From: an uncultured Caulobacteraceae bacterium
GTDB taxonomy: Bacteria > Pseudomonadota > Alphaproteobacteria > Caulobacterales > Aquidulcibacteraceae
Direction: 5' to 3'
DNA: 53,317 nucleotides
NCBI GenBank assembly: GCA_964395875.1
Contig: CAYNCS010000002.1
Span: 1-53,317 of the forward strand
In this document: positions 36,138 to 43,682 of the stretch, one piece after another
Numbering within the stretch: position 1 is the stretch's first letter
Layout: each line of letters opens with the position of its first letter
Notes under the pieces: model-generated
Databases searched by the model: none
The model's input: the letters and a program-made list of their open reading frames with translations, nothing else
Told to the model about the DNA's origin: nothing
Translations under genes and position numbers: made by a program

Positions 36138-37439
36138 GTGCACACGCTTTTGTTTGGGGTTCACCTAATCCTTGCGGTTGCGGCGCTGGCCGGAGTCGAT
36201 CTCTTGTCGCGCCGCAATCTCCTGCCGGACCTGGCGAAGGCGCCATGGATGCTCGCGCTTCTGTTTGCGGCGGGCGCGGCGTTCGTTTTCGTCATGTTGA
36301 GAGCCAGCAGCCCGCCCGCTTACTTTTGGGATTATATCAACGCCTATCATGCGGCCGGCGAAGCCGCGTTGAAACATGACCCGGTGCGGTTACGGGAATT
36401 GATGGCCGTGGGCGCTTATGGCGGCTTCGTGAACATCCCCGGCTATGCGTATGCATTTGCACCCTTTGCGCTGATGCCGGCCAAGGCCGCCGCGATCGTG
36501 TTCAGCATTCTAGGCGTTCTATGCGTGACCTTCGCCTGGCGCATTTTGGTGCGCCTGGCGCACCTGGAACAGCGCGAGCGCTGGCAATTGGCGATCTTGT
36601 TTGTGGTCAGCGGCCCCCTGCTGAACGGCTTCAAGTTCGGAAATCTGAGCTATTTTCTCATTCTCGCTCTGGCGGGGGGATTGGCGCTGCTGCGGGCCAA
36701 GCGGCCGGTCTGGGCCGGAATCGTCCTTGGATTGGCGGCCGTGACCAAACCGCCGCTGGCTTTGTTCGGCTTCTTTTTCCTGTTTCGCCGCGACTTCCGC
36801 GGACTGGCCGGATTTGCGGCGACAGGCATCGCCGCGGTGGCGTTCTCGCTTCTGGCGTTCGGCTGGGAGACGAACCTGTTTTGGTTCGAAACCAGCGTCC
36901 TCAAATACAGTCAGAGCTGGCTGGCGGACTTCTCCGTCCAGTCGATTCCCGCCTTTCTGGAGCGGATCAGCCTGGGCGGCGGTGGAGACTGGGCGCCCAG
37001 AGCGCCGTCGCCATTGGAAAAACTCGTCGCTCAGTCGCTTACGGCGATCATAATCGCCATGGCGGCTTATGCGTGCTGGAAGAACGCGGCCAATAGAGAG
37101 AGCGATCCGCGAGATCGCCTGACGTTGCAATTCCTCATGGTCGTCACCTTGAGCATCGCCGCGAGCCCGTTGTCCTGGGCGCATTATTATATGTGGCTGC
37201 TGGCGCCTGCGGCTTTCTTTCTCGGCTGGCGAGAAGCGCTTTCAAGGCATGAACAGCTTTGGGGCTGGGTTGGAATCGCCTGCATCACGCCGCTCGTGAC
37301 CTGGACGCCGCCGGAGGCGCGGGCGGCGCTGCCAGCGATCTACACGTCCTTTCTTGCGTCGCATTTCCTTTTTGGCGGCTTGATCTGGTTCGGTCTGATC
37401 GCAAGGCGATTGCTCAAGGCCGCCCCTGCTCAAGCGTAG
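36138..37439 (+). CDS. GT-C fold polytopic membrane glycosyltransferase (DUF2029/GT87-like), second copy
   Basis: 433 aa, about 11 TM segments, GTG start. Architecture as for 31015..32391. Confidence 0.65.
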   Translation: MHTLLFGVHLILAVAALAGVDLLSRRNLLPDLAKAPWMLALLFAAGAAFVFVMLRASSPPAYFWDYINAYHAAGEAALKHDPVRLRELMAVGAYGGFVNIPGYAYAFAPFALMPAKAAAIVFSILGVLCVTFAWRILVRLAHLEQRERWQLAILFVVSGPLLNGFKFGNLSYFLILALAGGLALLRAKRPVWAGIVLGLAAVTKPPLALFGFFFLFRRDFRGLAGFAATGIAAVAFSLLAFGWETNLFWFETSVLKYSQSWLADFSVQSIPAFLERISLGGGGDWAPRAPSPLEKLVAQSLTAIIIAMAAYACWKNAANRESDPRDRLTLQFLMVVTLSIAASPLSWAHYYMWLLAPAAFFLGWREALSRHEQLWGWVGIACITPLVTWTPPEARAALPAIYTSFLASHFLFGGLIWFGLIARRLLKAAPAQA

Positions 37440-38349
37440 AATCAGGGTTGGCTGGCGGTTGCGCTTTGGGCGACACGTCATGGCGCGCCAGAAACGACAG
37501 GATATCGCCGAGAATTGGTGCGTTCGATGCGATGGGCAGTCCACCGAAGGCGTCGCGCGTATCGCTGTGGCTGACGGACGGATACAAGATGGCCTCCGCC
37601 TCGCCGCCTTTTTCCCGGACCCTCTTCGCCGCTTCCGGGGAGTTCGACGGTCCGGCCGCGCGATCGTCGGCGCCGACCAACAAAAGCAAAGGCGGAGAGC
37701 GTCCGTCGATATGCGCGTAGGGCTCGGTATAGTCTCTGCCTTCACCGAAAATCGCATGCTCGCGGTCTCCATCGAGCGGCATCATGCTGTACGGTCCCGA
37801 AAGGCCGATGACGGCTTTCACGTCGTTTTTCGGGTCCAGGCCCTCCGCGTCGAGCCAGCGGCGGTCAACGGCGAGACTGAACACGTTGAAGGCGCCGGAA
37901 GAATGCCCCACCAGCACGATCTTGTTGGGATCACCGCCATATTGAGCAATTTTGCGATGCGTCCAGGCGACCGCCGCAGCGTTGTCTTGGAGGAAGAGGG
38001 GCCACAGGCCTTCGGGATAAATGCGATAGTCCGGGATCACTGCGACGAAGCCGCGCCGGGCGAGAGATGCGCCGATCCAGGCGCTTTCTTCCTTGCTGCC
38101 TGAAGCCCAGGCGCCCCCATATATGTAGACAATAACGGGGGCGTCGCCGTCGCCGGCATTTGGAGAATAGACGTCCAGCGACTGCCGCGGTCCGGCTGCA
38201 TAGGCGATGTCGCGCGTGATGTTTAAATCGTGCGTCGACCCAATCGATAAATTGTGGTCGATCTCCGGCTCCGGCGTGCGCCTACAGCCTCCGGCGGACA
38301 TCGCAAAAAAGGCGGTCAGCAGGCAGATCACGGATCGGCGAAGCATCAA
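37414..38349 (-). CDS. Lipoprotein alpha/beta-fold esterase (carboxylesterase/lipase fold-3 type)
   Basis: Lipobox FFAMSAGGC. Oxyanion-region VIVYIYGGAW. Nucleophile elbow LVGHSSGAF. Its 3' end overlaps the convergent GT-C gene by 26 nt. Confidence 0.8.
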   Translation of the reverse strand: MMLRRSVICLLTAFFAMSAGGCRRTPEPEIDHNLSIGSTHDLNITRDIAYAAGPRQSLDVYSPNAGDGDAPVIVYIYGGAWASGSKEESAWIGASLARRGFVAVIPDYRIYPEGLWPLFLQDNAAAVAWTHRKIAQYGGDPNKIVLVGHSSGAFNVFSLAVDRRWLDAEGLDPKNDVKAVIGLSGPYSMMPLDGDREHAIFGEGRDYTEPYAHIDGRSPPLLLLVGADDRAAGPSNSPEAAKRVREKGGEAEAILYPSVSHSDTRDAFGGLPIASNAPILGDILSFLARHDVSPKAQPPANPDSTLEQGRP

Positions 38350-38564
38350 ATCCCCATTGGGCGGCGCTGAGCATGGCCTGCTCCGTGCACAAATTTATGG
38401 GCCGCCGCCACTTAATATTGCCAGCCTGACGCCGGCAATTCACGGACGCTCGCGTTGTCAGCGTGGAATCCGCTCAAAATCGTCAAACGCGCTCAGCTGA
38501 ATCGACCTCGGGTACGCGCTGCGATAAGGACGACGAGATGTAGCGCGGGGGCGTTGGCGACAAA

Positions 38565-40958
38565 ATGCCGGTGGGGAAAGGAAGACTGAGCGCCATCGGC
38601 CACAAGGCGGCCACGGCTTTTTATTGGCTTCTGGCGGCCGCCGTGTTCGGAAGCGGCGCATTGCTCGGCGGATTGGGCGCGAAACTCGCTGCCGCCGGCG
38701 GCAGCCTGTTTTATGCCTTGTCCGGCGTCGTCCTGATCGCGTGCGGCGTTCAATTGATGCGAAAGCGCGCATCGGCGACGCATCTGGCGATCCTCAATTT
38801 TGCGATGACTTGGGCATGGGCGCTCTGGGAGGTGGGGCTGAACGGCTGGGCCCTTCTGCCGCGCGTCAATCTTGTTTGCATTCTCACTCCGCTGATTTTT
38901 CTAAGCGCCATCCAGAGCCGGCTGTACGAGGACTGGCGCAATGCCGCCGCCGTCCGGATGCGCAAGGTCTTTCCGGCGGCCTCCGCAACCTTCGTGGCGA
39001 TCGTGATTGCGGCGGTGGCGCTTCTGGGATGGCGCGGTGCGCAGGGCGTGCGGCCGGTTGCTGAAATCCAGAAAGCGGCGCCGATCCAGCAACGCACGGA
39101 CTGGCCATATTTTGGGCAGGACCCCGGTGGGACGAAGTTTTCCTCGCTCCGCGAGATCGATCGGACAAACGCGGGTCAGCTCCGCCAAATCTGGGAACAC
39201 GTCGAACCCCGCCCGACAGGCGCGGGCGAAACTGTTGCGCGCAAGGATGAAGCGACGCCAATTCAGGCGGATGGGAAACTGTTCGTGTGCCGGCCGGACA
39301 ACGTCATTCTGGCGCTGGACGCGGAAGACGGGCGCCTGGTCTGGCGTTACGAGCCGCACACGGACCTGACCGGCGTCAAAAGCGCGGTCTGCCGGGGCGT
39401 GGCGTATTGGGAATCGCCGTCAAAGACCGGCGCCTGCGCGAAGCGCATTCTCACCGCCACGGTGGACGCGCGTCTGATCGCGCTCGACGCTGATGATGGA
39501 AAACCGTGCGCGGATTTCGGCGAAGGCGGAGCGGTCTCGCTCAAGGCCGGCCTGGGCGCGTTTGATCCCGGCCAATATTACGTCACGTCGCCGCCCGCGG
39601 TCACGCATGGCGTCGCAATCGTCGGCGGTCTGGTTCAGGACAACGTCGCCAGAAAACTGCCGTCCGGCGTGGTCCGGGCTTTTGACGCGGGCACGGGAAA
39701 GCTGATCTGGGCCTGGGACATGGGGCGTGCGGGGAAATCTCGGGCGCCGCTGGCCCCGGACGAAATCTTCACGCCCGGCACGCCAAACGCCTGGTCGATC
39801 CTCACTGTCGATGAAAGCCTAGGATTGGTGTTTCTGCCGACAGGAAATGAAACGCCCGATTTTGTTGGAACGGGCCGGCTGGAAGCGTCGGAAAAATATT
39901 CCAGCTCGATCGTCGCGCTTGATGCAAAGACCGGGGACGTGCGCTGGTCGTTCCAGTTCGTGCACCACGACCTTTGGGATTATGACGCGTCGGCGCCGCC
40001 GGCGCTGTTCGACATGCCGGGCGCCAATGGCCCGATCCCTGCGCTCGCCGCCATCGGCAAGCACGGCGTCTTTTTTGTTCTCGATCGCAGAACGGGCGTG
40101 GCCGTTTCCAGCGTGAAGGAGCAGCCGGCGCCGCAGACCGACGTTCCCGGCGAATGGTCCGCGGCGACGCAACCGGACTCGCCGGACATGCCCAAGCTTG
40201 CAGGGGCGCCCCTGCGCGAACGCGACATGTGGGGCATCAGCCCCTTCGATCAATTATGGTGCCGGTTGGAATTCCGGAAGCTGCGGTATGACGGCGCGTT
40301 CACGCCGCCGTCGCTGCGCGGCTCGATTCAATATCCGGGCCTCGCCGGCGGCGCCGATTGGGGCGGCGTGGCCATTGACGGCGAGCGGAACCTGCTTTTC
40401 GCACCATCCTTCAATATGGCGTCCGTCGTGCAGCTCCTGCCGCGCGACGCCGCGGCGAAAGGCGCGAAATTCTCGGACGAGCAGGCCGGCACGCCTTTTC
40501 TGGCGAATGTGAACTGGTTCATCACGCGGCTGGGCGTGCCATGCCAGCAGCCGCCTTACGGTATGCTGAATGCGATCGATCTGCGCACGAAGACGCTGGC
40601 CTGGAGCATTCCACTCGGCACGGCGGAGGAACTCGGGCCGCGTGGGATCGCCTCGCATCTGCCCTTCACCATCGGCGCCGCGCCCATGATCGGCGGCCCC
40701 ATCGCGACCGCCGGCGACGTCGTCTTTATCGGCGCGACGGGAGACAGGCGGCTGCGGGCGATCGACAGCCTGACGGGACGCGTTCTGTGGTCGCAGAAAC
40801 TGCCGCAGGGCAATCAGGCCACCCCGATCACCTATCGGGCGCCGCGCTCTGGCCGGCAGATGGTCGTAATGGTCTCCGGCTCTTACGGCCGGCTAAACGA
40901 CACGGCGATCCTGCCGACCCATATCATCGCCTATGCTTTGCCGGAGAAGACGCGATGA
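38565..40958 (+). CDS. Membrane-bound PQQ-dependent dehydrogenase (glucose/quinate/shikimate dehydrogenase family)
   Basis: 797 aa. Five N-terminal TM segments, then a quinoprotein beta-propeller (WPYFGQDPGGTKFS, repeated W-containing propeller motifs, DLWDYD). Confidence 0.9.
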   Translation: MPVGKGRLSAIGHKAATAFYWLLAAAVFGSGALLGGLGAKLAAAGGSLFYALSGVVLIACGVQLMRKRASATHLAILNFAMTWAWALWEVGLNGWALLPRVNLVCILTPLIFLSAIQSRLYEDWRNAAAVRMRKVFPAASATFVAIVIAAVALLGWRGAQGVRPVAEIQKAAPIQQRTDWPYFGQDPGGTKFSSLREIDRTNAGQLRQIWEHVEPRPTGAGETVARKDEATPIQADGKLFVCRPDNVILALDAEDGRLVWRYEPHTDLTGVKSAVCRGVAYWESPSKTGACAKRILTATVDARLIALDADDGKPCADFGEGGAVSLKAGLGAFDPGQYYVTSPPAVTHGVAIVGGLVQDNVARKLPSGVVRAFDAGTGKLIWAWDMGRAGKSRAPLAPDEIFTPGTPNAWSILTVDESLGLVFLPTGNETPDFVGTGRLEASEKYSSSIVALDAKTGDVRWSFQFVHHDLWDYDASAPPALFDMPGANGPIPALAAIGKHGVFFVLDRRTGVAVSSVKEQPAPQTDVPGEWSAATQPDSPDMPKLAGAPLRERDMWGISPFDQLWCRLEFRKLRYDGAFTPPSLRGSIQYPGLAGGADWGGVAIDGERNLLFAPSFNMASVVQLLPRDAAAKGAKFSDEQAGTPFLANVNWFITRLGVPCQQPPYGMLNAIDLRTKTLAWSIPLGTAEELGPRGIASHLPFTIGAAPMIGGPIATAGDVVFIGATGDRRLRAIDSLTGRVLWSQKLPQGNQATPITYRAPRSGRQMVVMVSGSYGRLNDTAILPTHIIAYALPEKTR

Positions 40959-41077
40959 CGAAACAGGCGTCATGGACGGCAAATAGCTGGAATCAGGCGA
41001 AAGCGGATGACGAACGCCGCCGCGGCGTGATTGTGAACGGAGAGAAGAATACGGAGCTTCACGCATGGCGCGGTTGA
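40955..41077 (+). CDS. Possible 40-codon linker ORF (MTKQASWTANSWNQAKADDERRRGVIVNGEKNTELHAWRG)
   Basis: Its ATG overlaps the dehydrogenase stop (ATGA at 40955-40958) and its stop lies 13 nt inside the next gene. No homology evidence; it could be fortuitous. Confidence 0.2.
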   Translation: MTKQASWTANSWNQAKADDERRRGVIVNGEKNTELHAWRG

Positions 41078-41859
41078 GCGTCTTCGCCAAAGGCAATGTC
41101 GATGTGCACGATTCCCTGCATTCGTGCGTCATTGGCGGCCAATTGCACTGGAACGGGATCAACGACATCCTGCGCAAGCGGCATCCAGGCACGCTCATCC
41201 GCCTGAAGCATGAAACCTTCGTCCGGTCGGACGCGCTGCTCGCGGCTGACGGCCAGGTTCCGGCGGAGCTGGCGAACCGGGATCTGCCTTTGGGGTCCTA
41301 TCCGGCGCCCATGCAATTCAGCACGGCGCTCTTCGACTTCAAGGCCGACGTCTATGTGCTGTCGATCATGCCCGACGTCGCGACGTGTCCTCTGAAACAC
41401 AAACAGACCGGCTTCATGTTCTATCCGAACGACGTGACGGCATGGCCGGCGGCCGACCGCGAATGGCTGCGGAGCGAGTTCGAATCCTTGCCGCTGATGG
41501 ATGTGCAGACCTCGATCGAAAACATCGAGCGCATCATCAACAAAATCCGCGAGACTTCCGAGGCGCCGATCCTGATCTACAATATGTCGCCGATCGTGCC
41601 GGGGCCGATCGTGCATTGTCTGGCCGGGCTTGGTGAAACTTTTGCAACGCGCATCCGGCGGTTCAATCTTGCGCTGGCGGAATTGTCCGAACGAACGGGG
41701 ATTTCCATCGTGGACGTGGATGAGATTCTCGCGCGGGCCGGGGCGGATTCGCTCAAGGTGGACGCGATGCACCTGGCGCCCGAGGCCTATCGGCTCATCG
41801 CCGAGGAAGTCGTGCGCGTGCTGGAAGACCTGTACATTCTGGAACCACCGGCGGATTGA
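41065..41859 (+). CDS. SGNH-like hypothetical protein, paralogue A
   Basis: 264 aa with high GC3 in this frame. C-terminal block RIRRFNLALAELSERTGISIVDVDEILARAGADSLKVDAMHLAPEAYRLIAEEV (SGNH block-V-like DxxH). No signal peptide. The opposite-strand ORF 41059..41883 is Arg/His-rich shadow. Confidence 0.6.
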   Translation: MARLSVFAKGNVDVHDSLHSCVIGGQLHWNGINDILRKRHPGTLIRLKHETFVRSDALLAADGQVPAELANRDLPLGSYPAPMQFSTALFDFKADVYVLSIMPDVATCPLKHKQTGFMFYPNDVTAWPAADREWLRSEFESLPLMDVQTSIENIERIINKIRETSEAPILIYNMSPIVPGPIVHCLAGLGETFATRIRRFNLALAELSERTGISIVDVDEILARAGADSLKVDAMHLAPEAYRLIAEEVVRVLEDLYILEPPAD

Positions 41860-41875
41860 GGCGCGGAAGCGGACC

Positions 41876-43132
41876 ATGAGCACCTACACGCGCGCGCCCG
41901 GCTACAAACCCAAAACCGATGAGCGGTTTCGCGCCGCGCCAGAGGCGGAGATCGTCGATCTGTTGTTGCTGGTCAGCGGCGTGTTCGACTTGGAGGCCAA
42001 GGGCCGCGCCGCCGCTGAGGAAACCGTGAAAGCGGCGATCGAGCGCTGGATCGGCGCGGGCCTGGGTTACCGCGCGGCGCCGGGCGGCGGACGCCTGTTC
42101 GATCCGGCGGAAGTGATCAACTTCATGAAATGGCGCGGCGTCGCGGGCGAGGATTCCTATTGGCGCGAGCATTTCGTTCAGACGCACCGCGATTTTGTCG
42201 ACGAGTTCAAAGGCCGTGCGCGGACCCCGCGCCGCTTCGACTTTACATTCCGGCGGGCCTTCGATTTGTCGGGGTTTGAGGAGGGCGCGAACCTGCGCCT
42301 GCGCATGCCGGTTCCGCTGACCGAGCCCTATTTGCGTGAACTGCGCAGCGATTTCGCGGTCCCGGAGGAATGGCGTGACGCCGCGGCCGTCCGGGACAAT
42401 TATGTCGAGCTGCGCTTAAAGAAGGGCGCTGAGCCAAGCCTGACGCTCGGCGCCGAATACGCGTTCACCGCCGGGTTCCAGTCGCCGGACGCTTTGACCG
42501 ATCGCGAGCGCGAAACCTATCTGAAAAAGTCCGAAGGCTTCATCCGCGTCACGCAGCGCATCGAGGCGCTGGCGGCGGAACTCGACGCGGGCGACCCGCG
42601 CGCTACTCTGGCGGCCATCTGGGATTACATGATGAATGCGCTGTATTCCGGCATGGTGCGGTATGCGCATATCCCGCCGGAGGCGCCGGGCGATTTTGTA
42701 CTCGAACACGGCTGGTACGATTGCCAATTGGGCGCGGCGCTGTTCGCATCGCTCTGCCGGGCGCGGGGTGTTCCGGCGCGGCTGATCAATGGCCATCTCC
42801 TGTATCGAACGCAGCCGATCAGCCATTATTGGGCGGAAGCGTGGATCGACGGCGAGGGCTGGCTGCCCTTCGACGTCATTGCCTGGGATTTGTCGATGGC
42901 GGGCGAGGATCTGGAGTGGCGCGATCTATTCGCCGGCGCGATCGACTACCGTTTTGTGACGCAGTGCTTTCCAACGGCTTTTACCGGTCCAATGAGCGTC
43001 CGGTTTCCGCCGGCCTGGCATATGCTGCAAAAACGGGCGGGCGCGGGCGTGGAAATCACCTATCAGGACGTCGACACGGGGGCGATCCTGTATCAGGACT
43101 ATGCGGAAGCGCGGGATCGCGGCGCAGGTTAG
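41876..43132 (+). CDS. Transglutaminase-like (papain-fold Cys-His-Asp) protein
   Basis: Start at ATG 41876; the ORF-track start at 41630 lies inside the previous gene. Core GWYDCQLGAALFASLCRARGVPARLINGH...HYWAEAWIDGEGWLPFD carries the Cys, His and Asp in canonical spacing. Confidence 0.75.
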   Translation: MSTYTRAPGYKPKTDERFRAAPEAEIVDLLLLVSGVFDLEAKGRAAAEETVKAAIERWIGAGLGYRAAPGGGRLFDPAEVINFMKWRGVAGEDSYWREHFVQTHRDFVDEFKGRARTPRRFDFTFRRAFDLSGFEEGANLRLRMPVPLTEPYLRELRSDFAVPEEWRDAAAVRDNYVELRLKKGAEPSLTLGAEYAFTAGFQSPDALTDRERETYLKKSEGFIRVTQRIEALAAELDAGDPRATLAAIWDYMMNALYSGMVRYAHIPPEAPGDFVLEHGWYDCQLGAALFASLCRARGVPARLINGHLLYRTQPISHYWAEAWIDGEGWLPFDVIAWDLSMAGEDLEWRDLFAGAIDYRFVTQCFPTAFTGPMSVRFPPAWHMLQKRAGAGVEITYQDVDTGAILYQDYAEARDRGAG

Positions 43133-43313
43133 ACGAGCCGTTTTTCCGCACCACACACGCAACAAGAGATTCTATTCGTATACGTCGAGACAAGAGACGC
43201 TGAATTGTGCAGCAGGCGCTCAACCGGCCCGTCATGCGCACACAATATTGAATCCGTCTCGGTCGCGAGCTAGAGCACTGATACAGAATTGCCGCGCGGG
43301 CTTGGGGTTTTGC

Positions 43314-43682
43314 ATGATCTATGAGTTCAAGTTGCCGTCGATCGTGGCCCAGATGACGGGCGCCACCATCGAATGTCTGCACGCCAAGCCAGGCGAAGCC
43401 TTGAAGATGGGCAGCAAATTGTTCGACGTCAGCGTCGACCTCTCGAGCGCCTTCGCCCAGGAATGCCCGCCGATATCATTCTTTAGGGTTGTGATGCGCG
43501 AGCCGGGCTATCTCAGGAAAATCGAACTCACGCCCGGCCAGTTCTGCAAGTTGGATGAAGTGATGGCGGTGTTCAGCACCACGCCCGACGAAGACTTGAG
43601 TGCGCCCGCCGCGCGTCCGGTCCGCACCACCGTCGCCGGCATCGTGCACCATGACGGCATGTATACGGGGAGCGTCCGCTAA
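43314..43682 (+). CDS. Lipoyl/biotinyl-domain-like protein lacking the modifiable lysine
   Basis: 122 aa from ATG 43314. MIYEFKLPSIVAQMTGATIECLHAKPGEALKMGSKLFDVSVDLSSAF aligns with the lipoyl protein on the other strand (MIYKLLVPAAVPGVEEIRVMEWHGEPGAEFQAGDLIVELETHKAVV), but the E-T-x-K motif is replaced. Both share the ...AVFSTTPDED / AIFSDTPDEP ending. Confidence 0.55.
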   Translation: MIYEFKLPSIVAQMTGATIECLHAKPGEALKMGSKLFDVSVDLSSAFAQECPPISFFRVVMREPGYLRKIELTPGQFCKLDEVMAVFSTTPDEDLSAPAARPVRTTVAGIVHHDGMYTGSVR

